Source: an uncultured Candidatus Saccharibacteria bacterium (GTDB lineage Bacteria; Patescibacteriota; Minisyncoccia; Phycocordibacterales; UBA9973). Taken from it: a DNA stretch of 64,000 nt. This document shows, piece after piece, positions 36,569 to 45,562 of the stretch; position 1 is the first letter of the stretch, and every line of letters starts with the position of its first letter. A program made the translations under genes and the position numbers. Below the pieces are notes generated by a model that saw only the letters and a list, made by a program, of their open reading frames with translations, did no database searches and was not told the DNA's origin. The stretch spans positions 2,106 to 66,105 of the forward strand of contig CAYOLW010000001.1 of assembly GCA_964404925.1 (NCBI GenBank), given 5' to 3'.

Positions 36569-39019
36569 ATGAAGAAAGACAAGAAGGTTTTGGTTCTACT
36601 CGACGCGCATGCGATTATTCATCGGGCATATCATGCATTGCCTGACTTTTCAGCGTCCACCGGAGAACCAACAGGTGCACTCTATGGGCTTTCAAACATG
36701 CTCATGAAAATAATTGATGATTTAAAGCCTGACTACATTGTGGCTTGTTATGATTTACCAGAAAAAACATTTAGACACGAAGCCTATGATGGATACAAGG
36801 CTGGCCGAGCTAAATCTGATCCAGCATTGATTGCACAGCTTATAAGTTCTCGTAAAATATTTGAAGCATTTAATATACCAATATATGATGCACCTGGGTT
36901 TGAAGCTGATGATGAGCTTGGCACAATTGCTGAAATGATGAAAAGCGAAAAAGAAGTGGAGGTGGTTATCGCTTCAGGGGATATGGATACAATGCAGCTT
37001 GTCGACGGTAAAAGGGTTCAGGTATATACACTAAAGAAAGGAATTAACGACACAATACTTTATGATGAGGATGCTGTTGTAGCTCGATTTGGATTTGCGC
37101 CAGAATTTCTTCCAGACTATAAGGGACTACGGGGCGACCCTTCGGACAACATAATAGGTATTAAAGGAATTGGAGAAAAAACAGCCACCACTTTAATACA
37201 AAAATTCGGTACAGTTGAAAAGATGTACGAAGCTTTGAAAAAAGTAGGCGCTCAAGATGATTTTAAAAAGTTTGGAATTACAGAAAGAATATTTAATCTA
37301 TTAAAAGACGGAGAAGAAGAAGCGTTGTTTTCTAAAACATTAGCAACCATCAGGCGAGATGCACCGATAGATTTCAAGCTTCCAGAGAAGACTTTCTGGC
37401 AGAATGCAGATGTAAAAAAAATAGAGAAAACTTTTAATGAATTTGAATTTCGTAGTTTGTTTGTCCGCTTACGTAATTTTTTTAGTGCTGGAGAAAGCCA
37501 GGAAAATTTACATGAATTTGTTCAGGTCCTCGGGTTGCCCGCGCAGAATTATAACAAAAGTTCGGGCTCAACCAGACCGCTCACAAATTCAGTAAATTCT
37601 ACTGGCGAAATTAATCCACAAGAATTAGAAGAAACCGCTATTGCACTCTGGCTCGTAAATTCAGAGATTTCTAATCCGAACTTGGATGATATTTTGCGTT
37701 TTGCTAAAACCTATGATTTTAAAGTGGCTCGTGATTTTATATTTGGCAGACTAAAAGGGGATGGGATAGAAAAGGTTTTTACAGAAATAGAAAAACCGAT
37801 TATTGGAATAGTGCATACAATGGAAGAGAGGGGTATCCTGCTTGATCAAGCATACTTTAAAAAAATAAGTGAAGATTATCAGAAAGAATTAGATTCTCTG
37901 ACTAAAAAGATTTATACCCTCGCTGGTACAGAGTTCAACATAAATTCACCCAAGCAAATAGCAGAAGTGCTTTTTGAAAAAATGGGAATAAAAACAAACA
38001 AAAAACGTGGTGCATCAGGTAGTTTTTCTACCAAAGCATCAATTCTAGAAGAGTTAGAAGAGGGGAATCCAATCATCACAGAAATAATGTCATACCGTGA
38101 GATTTCAAAACTACTCTCCACATATATTAATGTATTACCAAGTATGGTTGCAGAAGATGGTAGGCTGCACGCTAAATTTATCCAAAACGCTACTACCACT
38201 GGAAGATTCTCCTCACTTGATCCTAATCTACAAAACTTGCCAATAAAAAGTGAACTTGGTCGCAAAATCCGCGATGGTTTCGTAGCTGCACCAGGACACC
38301 AACTACTCGCACTTGATTACTCGCAGATTGAGCTACGGGTGGCAGCGATATTGTCCGGGGATGAAAACCTAACTCAGATTTTTGCTGAAGGCAAAGATGT
38401 GCATAGTGGAGTGGCGTCTTTTGTCTTTGGTGTGCCGATAGACAAGGTGGATAAAGAAATGCGCCGGAAGGCCAAGGTTATAAACTTTGGCATTATATAT
38501 GGTATGGGGGTGACAGCTTTGCGTAAGAACCTGGGTGGCACTCGCGAAGAAGCACAGAAATTTTATGATAATTACTTCCGTCAATTTAAAGGCGTGGCAG
38601 AATACCTTGAACAGACAAAAGAATTCGCTAAAGCCAAAGGCTATACCGAAACCCTATTTGGCCGCCGCCGATACTTTAAAGATATTAATTCAAGGCTACC
38701 TTTCCTGAAAAATATGGCTGAACGTACAGCCACCAATGCACCTATTCAGGGTACCGCGACCGCAGACATAATCAAACTCGCAATCCGGTACGCACATGAA
38801 GATTTAGAAAAAGCAGGACTTTTGAAAAAAGTACATTTGATACTTCAAATCCATGATGAGCTTGTGTATGAAGTAGAAGATTCTGTATTACAACAAGCAA
38901 CCGAAATAATAAAAAATGCCATGGAAGGCGTGCTGGCTCGATCATATATAAAATACAAAACAGAAATTACACTTATTGTCGGCTATGGCGCGGGCAAAAA
39001 CCTGGGGGAGGTGAAATAA
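36569..39019 (+). CDS. polA: DNA polymerase I (5'-3' exonuclease + polymerase; proofreading domain largely absent), with in-frame palindromic insertion
   Basis: LLDAHAIIHRAYHA, GFEADD, GDPSDNI, TGRFSS, DYSQIELR, RRKAKVINFGIIYG, QIHDEL; start placed 7 nt after TATAAT (36556-36561). Confidence 0.95.
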   Translation: MKKDKKVLVLLDAHAIIHRAYHALPDFSASTGEPTGALYGLSNMLMKIIDDLKPDYIVACYDLPEKTFRHEAYDGYKAGRAKSDPALIAQLISSRKIFEAFNIPIYDAPGFEADDELGTIAEMMKSEKEVEVVIASGDMDTMQLVDGKRVQVYTLKKGINDTILYDEDAVVARFGFAPEFLPDYKGLRGDPSDNIIGIKGIGEKTATTLIQKFGTVEKMYEALKKVGAQDDFKKFGITERIFNLLKDGEEEALFSKTLATIRRDAPIDFKLPEKTFWQNADVKKIEKTFNEFEFRSLFVRLRNFFSAGESQENLHEFVQVLGLPAQNYNKSSGSTRPLTNSVNSTGEINPQELEETAIALWLVNSEISNPNLDDILRFAKTYDFKVARDFIFGRLKGDGIEKVFTEIEKPIIGIVHTMEERGILLDQAYFKKISEDYQKELDSLTKKIYTLAGTEFNINSPKQIAEVLFEKMGIKTNKKRGASGSFSTKASILEELEEGNPIITEIMSYREISKLLSTYINVLPSMVAEDGRLHAKFIQNATTTGRFSSLDPNLQNLPIKSELGRKIRDGFVAAPGHQLLALDYSQIELRVAAILSGDENLTQIFAEGKDVHSGVASFVFGVPIDKVDKEMRRKAKVINFGIIYGMGVTALRKNLGGTREEAQKFYDNYFRQFKGVAEYLEQTKEFAKAKGYTETLFGRRRYFKDINSRLPFLKNMAERTATNAPIQGTATADIIKLAIRYAHEDLEKAGLLKKVHLILQIHDELVYEVEDSVLQQATEIIKNAMEGVLARSYIKYKTEITLIVGYGAGKNLGEVK
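37497..37606 (-). repeat. structured palindromic element, subfamily A, copy 2 (in frame in polA, antisense orientation)
   Basis: Reverse complement reads TGAATTTGT-GAGCGGTCTGGTTGAGCCCG-(21 nt)-CGGGCAACCCGAGGACCTGA-ACAAATTCA, colinear with 4439-4540. Confidence 0.85.
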
Positions 39020-39098
39020 CATCCTTGACTAAAAGCACAGAAGTTGTATAAATGGTTTAAGTAAACCCGCTCTTTTCACTTTTTAAACCACCTCCAAC

Positions 39099-39455
39099 AT
39101 GGAAGACTTCATTAACTATCTTCACGAACTTTTTCTGCCGGTGTGTGGCCCATGGTTAGAAGATGTTATACCTTTGCTTGGTTACGTTAATTCTATCGCT
39201 AATGTAATTTACTTATACTTTGGTTTTAGATATACAAAGACACCAAGGCTTGCAGATATTTTTGGAACAGGTGTTTGGTTGCCGGTTCTAATAATTGTTT
39301 GTTTGTCGGGCGTTTATTATAAAAATGCTCACCAGACTATATCTTTTTTTATTGCGTTAGTGTTTTTGTTAACACACCTTATTTTGTTAGTTGTTCGTTA
39401 TAAAAAACGAAAAAAGGCCATAAAACACAGAACCAAAAAACAAAAGAAAAAGTAA
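39099..39455 (+). CDS. small membrane protein (about 3 TM, basic tail)
   Basis: 118-aa ORF with its own TTGACT promoter-like site and downstream terminator. Confidence 0.65.
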   Translation: MEDFINYLHELFLPVCGPWLEDVIPLLGYVNSIANVIYLYFGFRYTKTPRLADIFGTGVWLPVLIIVCLSGVYYKNAHQTISFFIALVFLLTHLILLVVRYKKRKKAIKHRTKKQKKK

Positions 39456-39458
39456 GTC

Positions 39459-39484
39459 AGCCCTGCACCCCACAGGGCTTTTTT
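39459..39484 (+). terminator. intrinsic terminator
   Basis: AGCCCTG-loop-CAGGGCT followed by a T run. Confidence 0.7.
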
Positions 39485-39564
39485 ATTTGACAAATCTGTG
39501 TTTTCTTGTAGAGTGAATTTTGAACCCTAATTCTTCGTTAATTTCATAAAAAATCTCTGATAAT

Positions 39565-40605
39565 ATGAAAAGATATCTCTATTTTTTAGCTTTCTGCTTT
39601 TTTTTAAGCGGATGCAGCTTTGGAGATATCGATTCTCCAGAAGCTGCTTACTTTTTTGTCAAAGGATGGATGCCAAATACATTAATGGCATTTCTTTTTT
39701 GTTTTGGAATGGCGATTATTATAGTCGCTACGTGGTCTTTATTTGTTAAGGGGATTGCTTTTTTATACCGTAATATACGGGATATAAAAAACTGGTTCTT
39801 GAACGGATGGAATTACTTTGTGATTGCTTGTATCTGTTTGTTTCTAACAACAATCAGGGACAAGTGGCCAGACTGGATTTGGGATTGGTATCAAGCCTCC
39901 CACCCGGTGTGGTTAACTGCCGAAAACAATATATTTGTTAATGATACAACCTATTCCATAGCTGGTATCGGTGAGATTCAGGAACAAACTATTGTGGACA
40001 TGTACTTGAAACGTTTGAGAGACAGCACTCAATCTGAATATGAGTATAACTCAGTCGTTAAACTTTTTAATGAACTGCAAGACACTCTGAAACTTAGAAC
40101 AGTGTTGTCTCTATACGAGCCAATAAATATTGAATGTGGAATGAACCCATTTCGTGTCCGTGATGACGGGCGTGCGGCGGGGCTTATTCAGTTCACAAAC
40201 GATGGACTTGAAAACATTTTTTATAAAGGCAAAAGGGTTACTCTAGATGCTGTGAAAGAGTGTTGTAAAGTTCGCGACATAGATATGATGTGTAGCATTA
40301 CAAAGATGTATTTGTTGAATGTATTTAAATCTAAAAAAGCATTCAGTAAATATATTGATGTGTATATTGCTATATTTGCACCGGCTCACGTGGGTAAAGA
40401 CGACAACTTTGTCTTGTACCAAGGCAAAAACAACGACGAATATTACTTGAATGCTGGTTTTGATGGCTGGTATTTAAGTAACGCTGGACAAATTCTTTAT
40501 GCCAAAAGTATGAAGGATTACAAGATCACAATCCTGGAAGTTAAACTAACTGTAATCGCAAAACGAGAACGGTTAATGAAACAATATCTAAAACAAAATC
40601 ATTAA
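39565..40605 (+). CDS. lipoprotein/membrane-anchored lysozyme-fold (lytic transglycosylase-like) protein
   Basis: Lipobox FFLSGC, two TM helices, NIECGMNP...AAGLIQF (catalytic Glu + GLxQ), YIAIFAPAHVGK...YYLNAGFD. Confidence 0.7.
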   Translation: MKRYLYFLAFCFFLSGCSFGDIDSPEAAYFFVKGWMPNTLMAFLFCFGMAIIIVATWSLFVKGIAFLYRNIRDIKNWFLNGWNYFVIACICLFLTTIRDKWPDWIWDWYQASHPVWLTAENNIFVNDTTYSIAGIGEIQEQTIVDMYLKRLRDSTQSEYEYNSVVKLFNELQDTLKLRTVLSLYEPINIECGMNPFRVRDDGRAAGLIQFTNDGLENIFYKGKRVTLDAVKECCKVRDIDMMCSITKMYLLNVFKSKKAFSKYIDVYIAIFAPAHVGKDDNFVLYQGKNNDEYYLNAGFDGWYLSNAGQILYAKSMKDYKITILEVKLTVIAKRERLMKQYLKQNH

Positions 40606-40617
40606 AATCACACCGCC

Positions 40618-41511
40618 ATGACAAAAAGATTTTTTTCATTGCTGACGTGCGTTTTATTGCTTTCAGTGGTAAACGCGCAAAAAAGAAACCCTGCCCAAGA
40701 GGAAAAGTTGGGAACACAAATTAACCCTGACCTAGTGTTGAACGATGTGGTTGCCACAATGGGCAACCGTGTTTTTCAGAAGCCAGAAGGGGATGTTTCC
40801 TTTGTTTTCTCAGGGCATGTATTGACCTATGTTGCCCGCGGGAACAAGGATTATGTTGATATTCTTTCCGCCTTAGGTGAGCCCAGAAAGTCCAAATATG
40901 GACCACTTAAAGGTATCTACATTGGTAAAGAATATGTAGCAGGCAGAAGTGTTGAACCAGGCAGAGACCCAGATCCACCAAGAAATCTTAAGACGAAAGA
41001 AGATAAGTATCGGTGGGCTATTACCAACAGCATTTCCAGGGCTGCAGATTATTCAGAAGCTAACAGTCCCGAAATATATCGCGAAGTAGGTTATACGTGG
41101 AGTGAATTCCTGCGCATGGTTATGCCATATATGGGCCTTGTTGTTATTCTGTTGTGTGTTTTGTGGTTATTCCACGACGGACTTGGAAGAGAGTTGGTAA
41201 AAAACTTGAGTTGGCGAAATTTCGGAGTTGGGAAAGGGATATTCTCTTTTTGGGTTGTTATAACAGTGATTTATGTTGTTACTTTGTTGTGTGTAGGTGC
41301 TGGACTTGTGATTAATGCCGGCCTTGCTTTTTTTGAAGGCTACACAAGCAGTGATAATATTTTATGGCCCGCTGCGCAATGTATCGGTATCACATACCTT
41401 GTTGGTATTGGTATTGATTGGCTTGTAAGTTCTGACAAGTACACCACATCAGTTAATCAAATGTGGCTGGCGCAAGCGTCAGGTCACGGCAAAGGACATG
41501 ATCACGATTAA
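40618..41511 (+). CDS. exported-domain membrane protein (signal peptide + 3 TM)
   Basis: Signal peptide ending VNAQ; C-terminal hydrophobic helices; His-rich end GHGKGHDHD. Confidence 0.65.
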   Translation: MTKRFFSLLTCVLLLSVVNAQKRNPAQEEKLGTQINPDLVLNDVVATMGNRVFQKPEGDVSFVFSGHVLTYVARGNKDYVDILSALGEPRKSKYGPLKGIYIGKEYVAGRSVEPGRDPDPPRNLKTKEDKYRWAITNSISRAADYSEANSPEIYREVGYTWSEFLRMVMPYMGLVVILLCVLWLFHDGLGRELVKNLSWRNFGVGKGIFSFWVVITVIYVVTLLCVGAGLVINAGLAFFEGYTSSDNILWPAAQCIGITYLVGIGIDWLVSSDKYTTSVNQMWLAQASGHGKGHDHD

Positions 41512-41523
41512 AACAAAAACATT

Positions 41524-41937
41524 ATGTTGGTTCCAAGATTAGATAAATCAGCTAAAATAGCGCTCGCACTTCTTGCGCTGACCTGTACACTTATCACTAT
41601 TTTTCTACCAGAAGTCTGGTACGATTTATGGAGAATGGTGAAATTTGTAATTCACTATTTTTCTATTGTTGTGTTTTTTATTTCAATCGGCTTTGTTTTT
41701 TACATCAATAACGAAAGGAAAAAACACAAAGAAGCAGAAAAGGGTGAGGCGAAAACCATTGTCATTCCGCAAACGGTTCTCGAAAAAATAAAAATAACAC
41801 TTGCGGATTCAGTGATTGCTTGGGTTGTAATAGGGGTGATTGCATTTTTGCTTTTCACAATAACCAAAGAGGCCCCAGTACCCGGATTTAGGGATGCGAA
41901 CGGCAACAAAATTGAACAAACCATTATCAGAGATTGA
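41524..41937 (+). CDS. small membrane protein (3 TM)
   Basis: 137-aa ORF 12 nt after the previous stop. Confidence 0.65.
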   Translation: MLVPRLDKSAKIALALLALTCTLITIFLPEVWYDLWRMVKFVIHYFSIVVFFISIGFVFYINNERKKHKEAEKGEAKTIVIPQTVLEKIKITLADSVIAWVVIGVIAFLLFTITKEAPVPGFRDANGNKIEQTIIRD

Positions 41938-41992
41938 TTAAACCCAATACCCCCTAGGGTTTACCTATATGGATTATCAGGGGGAAATTACC

Positions 41993-42022
41993 AAACGGTA
42001 CTCGAACGAGTACCGTTTTTTT
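41993..42022 (+). terminator. intrinsic terminator
   Basis: AAACGGTACTCG-AA-CGAGTACCGTTT plus T run. Confidence 0.85.
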
Positions 42023-42061
42023 ATTGCCAAAATATTTGTGTTAATGTGGTAGAATATGGTT

Positions 42062-42568
42062 ATGGAACCTGAGAATGTACAAGAATCAAAAGACGAGAAA
42101 TTAGAGAGGGAAGCCAAGCATTTGGTTCACCACGTGTTGGCTCACTCATACACTGTTTATTTCTTTGTGCTTTTGGTGGGGGTGGCGCTGGATATGCTTT
42201 TCCCAATTCGTGTTTTTCCTCAGTATTTAAATACTGTTGGCATAGTCATGCTTCTTTTGTCTTCGGCTCTTATAGTCTGGGCTCAGACAAGCTCCATCGG
42301 CAGTCAGCACCACAGAAACAACAAAGAAGACTTAACCCACGATCATTTCAGATGTGGGCCGTACCGCTATAGCCGCACACCGACACATTGGGGACTCTTT
42401 CTTTTGGTATTAGGTTTCGGACTTATAATAAATGCATTCTTTATTACGATTCTAACTATTGTTTCATTTTTTATTACTAAGGTCACATTGATAGCTAAAG
42501 AGGAGAAAATCCTAGAAAGCCGCTACGGTGAGCCGTACAAAGAGTATAAAAAATCAGTCAAACTGTAA
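42062..42568 (+). CDS. isoprenylcysteine carboxyl/phospholipid methyltransferase-like membrane protein
   Basis: GPYRYSRTPTHWG and EEKILESRYGEPYKEYKKSV, the ICMT/PEMT C-terminal signature. Confidence 0.8.
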   Translation: MEPENVQESKDEKLEREAKHLVHHVLAHSYTVYFFVLLVGVALDMLFPIRVFPQYLNTVGIVMLLLSSALIVWAQTSSIGSQHHRNNKEDLTHDHFRCGPYRYSRTPTHWGLFLLVLGFGLIINAFFITILTIVSFFITKVTLIAKEEKILESRYGEPYKEYKKSVKL

Positions 42569-42570
42569 TC

Positions 42571-42677
42571 AAGCAGTATATAAACTTTTTTCCGGTACGA
42601 AATTTTTGAAGCTTAAAAATTTCTGAAGTTGGCTCGCCGTCGCTCGCCAAACCCCTTCAAAAAGTTATATACTGCTT
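42571..42677 (-). repeat. 107-bp structured palindromic element, subfamily B, copy 2 (upstream of holA)
   Basis: AAGCAGTATATA...TATATACTGCTT outer stem; core CGGTACGAA-TTTTTGAAGCTTAAAAA-TTCTG shared with 5431-5537. Confidence 0.85.
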
Positions 42678-42682
42678 TCATC

Positions 42683-43330
42683 ATGATTTACCTTTTCGCT
42701 GGCGATGATGCTGACAAGAAAATAGCCAACTATCAAAAGTTTATAACTTTACTGCCCAAGGAAACAGAAGTTTTTAAAATTGCCCGCAATAACTTCGATA
42801 AAGTAGAAATAGAAAGCTTTTTCTCTGGGTCTGGTCTTTTCTTTAAAACATGTGCGGTTGTATTTTCTAATATTTTAGAAAGGGAAGACGAAAGGGGTTT
42901 TGTTTTTTCTAAACTAAATGAATTAGCAGATTCACTGAACACTTTTGTTTTTATTGAAAGTAAATTATTAAAATCTGAACTTGATGAATTCAAAGAGGTT
43001 AAAGCTCAAATAAATTATTTTGAATTACCAAAAGAAAAACACGAAAAATATAATAATTTTATATTAGCCAATGACTTGGGTGCCAGGGATAAGAAAAGTC
43101 TCTGGTTGCATTATCGTGAGGCGGTTGATTTGGGTGTGGGGCTTGAAGAATTGGTTGGGGTAATGTTCTGGAAGGTTAAAGATATGCTCGTAAAGGGTTT
43201 GTACGGCAAGTGGCAAAAGGAGGAATTGCAAAAAGTGGGTGCCAGGTTATCCTACCTGTTGCCTGAGGCCCGTCGTGAAGGTCGCGACGCCGAAATAGCC
43301 TTCGAGCAGTTTATACTAGAAATTTTTTAA
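42683..43330 (+). CDS. holA: short DNA polymerase III delta subunit-like protein
   Basis: MIYLFAGDD start, SGLFFKTCAVVF, FILANDLGARDKK, AFEQFIL; shorter than canonical HolA. Confidence 0.6.
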   Translation: MIYLFAGDDADKKIANYQKFITLLPKETEVFKIARNNFDKVEIESFFSGSGLFFKTCAVVFSNILEREDERGFVFSKLNELADSLNTFVFIESKLLKSELDEFKEVKAQINYFELPKEKHEKYNNFILANDLGARDKKSLWLHYREAVDLGVGLEELVGVMFWKVKDMLVKGLYGKWQKEELQKVGARLSYLLPEARREGRDAEIAFEQFILEIF

Positions 43331-43332
43331 TG

Positions 43333-43405
43333 TGCGCCCAGCAGGAATCGAACCTGCGACCATCTCCTTAAAAGGGAGCTGCTCTACCAGCTGAGCTATG
43401 GGCGC
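43333..43405 (-). tRNA. tRNA-Lys(UUU)
   Basis: GCGCCCA acceptor stem, D arm GCTC/GAGC, anticodon loop CTTTTAA, T loop GGTTCGATTCC; CCA not encoded. Confidence 0.95.
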
Positions 43406-43427
43406 GTAGTGTGATAATATAGTAAAC

Positions 43428-45545
43428 GTGTCGCAAAATCAAGGAAAGGTATTTAAATTAAAGAGTGAATACAAACCTGCCGGGGATCAACCCAAGGCTA
43501 TTTCTGAATTGGTGGATGGTCTTAAAAAAGGAATGAAAAAGCAAACCCTCCTCGGTGCCACCGGTACTGGTAAGACTTTCACCATGGCGAATGTTATTGC
43601 TGAGTATAATCGTCCAGCTTTGGTTATTGCGCACAATAAGACACTGGCTGCTCAGCTGGCCCAAGAGTTCAAAGCATTTTTTCCTGATGCTGCGGTGCAC
43701 TATTTTGTTTCTTATTACGATTACTATCAACCCGAAGCCTATATGCCAGTATCAGATACTTATATAGAAAAAGATGCTCAGATTAACAAAGAGATAGACC
43801 GTTTGCGACATGCTTCAACCCAGGCATTGCTTACTCGACCCGATACAATCATCGTTGCATCGGTATCTTGTATTTATGGTTTAGGTTCTCCCAAGGAGTA
43901 CGAAAAAGTAAATATGAAACTAGAGGCAGGAATGAAGATAGATAGAAACACTCTAATGAAGAGGTTGATTGAAATACATTTTTCAAGGACCAACGCAGAC
44001 CTTTTGCCTGGAACTTTTCGTGCGGTAGGGCCCAAGGTTGAATTTATGCCAGTTTCAGAGAATATCATGTACTCAATAGAGTTTGGTATTACTGGAGTGG
44101 ATAAAATATTTAAAATAGATCCAGTCTCGATGAGAATAGTCCAAGAAGAGAAGCACGTTTTTATTTTTCCAGCCAAGCACTTCATTACTGAAGATAAAAA
44201 AGTAAAAATTGCATTAGATAATATCAAAAAGGAACTAGCTCTTCAGTTAAAGAAATTTGAAAAGGAAGGAAAGTTGCTTGAAGCAGAGAGGATAAAAAGG
44301 AGGACTAACTACGATCTAGCTATGATAAAAGAAGTTGGCTACTGTAGCGGAATAGAAAATTACTCCAGGCATTTGTCTGGGAAAAAAGAAGGTGAGGCTC
44401 CAGACACACTCCTGTCGTATTTTCCAGATGGATTCCTGACAATTATCGATGAATCGCATGTGACCTTGCCGCAACTTTCTGGTATGTATGCTGGCGATGC
44501 TTCTCGCAAAACGACTTTAGTTGAATATGGATTTCGCCTACCTAGCGCAAAAGACAACCGACCACTTAAGTATCCTGAGTTTGGAGAAAGAATTAATTCG
44601 GTAATTTATACCAGTGCTACTCCTGGAGATTTAGAAAGAGAAGAAAGCGCCCAGATTGTAGAACAGATAATTCGTCCAACAGGGCTTGTTGATCCAGAAA
44701 CAATAATCCGTCCAGTTTCCGAGAAGGGTAAATATCCAGGCCAAATTCAAGATTTCATTATTGAAACAGAAGTTACTATAAAACGAGGTTATAGGGTTTT
44801 GGCGACAACCCTCACTAAGAAAATGGCTGAAGACTTATCTGTATACCTAAAGGATAAAAAAATTAAGGCTGAGTATCTACATAGTGATATTAAAACGATA
44901 GACAGAATAAAAATTCTTACAGAATTCCGTAAGGGTAAATTTGATGTATTAGTAGGTGTTAACTTGTTGCGTGAAGGTCTGGATTTGCCTGAGGTGGCAT
45001 TGATTGGAATTTTTGATGCTGACAAAGAAGGATTCTTGCGTAGCGAAACAGCATTGATTCAAACCATTGGCCGAGCTGCCCGTAATGCTGAGGGCCGAGT
45101 TATTTTATATGCTGATCAACTAACCGGATCTATGGACCGTGCACTAGGGGAGACTAAACGCCGTCGAGACATACAGATTGCTTATAATAAGAAGCACGGT
45201 ATAACACCCAAAACTATATTGAAAAACATTAAAGATATTACCGAAGAACTTGAAAGCGAGCACAGTAAGGCTGTAAATGCTGAACTTAATATAGACTTAG
45301 AGGTGTTCAAAAAAGCATATGCAAAAGAGTTGAAATTAGATAAAACAAAAATTACTAAACAAAAAGATGGAACAACAGAGGTAAAACTGCACATGTCAGA
45401 CGAAGAGCGCAGTGATTTGGTGTATGAAAAAATAATAAAAATAAAAGAGAAAGAAATGAATAAAGCAGTGAAGGAACTTGATTTTGAAACTGCCGCTATA
45501 TTGCGCGATGAAATTGTTGTTTTGCGCGAAAGGTCTAAAAAGTAA
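43428..45545 (+). CDS. uvrB: excinuclease ABC subunit B
   Basis: PAGDQP, GATGTGKT, FVSYYDYYQPEAY, DESH, NLLREGLDLPEV, QTIGRAAR, C-terminal UVR motif. Confidence 0.97.
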   Translation: MSQNQGKVFKLKSEYKPAGDQPKAISELVDGLKKGMKKQTLLGATGTGKTFTMANVIAEYNRPALVIAHNKTLAAQLAQEFKAFFPDAAVHYFVSYYDYYQPEAYMPVSDTYIEKDAQINKEIDRLRHASTQALLTRPDTIIVASVSCIYGLGSPKEYEKVNMKLEAGMKIDRNTLMKRLIEIHFSRTNADLLPGTFRAVGPKVEFMPVSENIMYSIEFGITGVDKIFKIDPVSMRIVQEEKHVFIFPAKHFITEDKKVKIALDNIKKELALQLKKFEKEGKLLEAERIKRRTNYDLAMIKEVGYCSGIENYSRHLSGKKEGEAPDTLLSYFPDGFLTIIDESHVTLPQLSGMYAGDASRKTTLVEYGFRLPSAKDNRPLKYPEFGERINSVIYTSATPGDLEREESAQIVEQIIRPTGLVDPETIIRPVSEKGKYPGQIQDFIIETEVTIKRGYRVLATTLTKKMAEDLSVYLKDKKIKAEYLHSDIKTIDRIKILTEFRKGKFDVLVGVNLLREGLDLPEVALIGIFDADKEGFLRSETALIQTIGRAARNAEGRVILYADQLTGSMDRALGETKRRRDIQIAYNKKHGITPKTILKNIKDITEELESEHSKAVNAELNIDLEVFKKAYAKELKLDKTKITKQKDGTTEVKLHMSDEERSDLVYEKIIKIKEKEMNKAVKELDFETAAILRDEIVVLRERSKK

Positions 45546-45562
45546 TTTGGTATACTAGTTAA

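Noticed and set aside
39099-41937. Prophage lysis cassette
   Set aside because: No structural, packaging or integrase genes nearby; the lysozyme-like domain is lipid- and TM-anchored.
4439-42677. Palindromic elements as classical MITEs/IS remnants or simple terminators
   Set aside because: Terminal sequences are not conserved between copies, no target-site duplication is evident, no U tract follows the stems, and two copies are inside ORFs.
42629-42682. ORF-track N-terminal extension of holA (MARRRSPNPF...)
   Set aside because: It is read through the subfamily-B element; the HolA-like sequence begins at ATG 42683.
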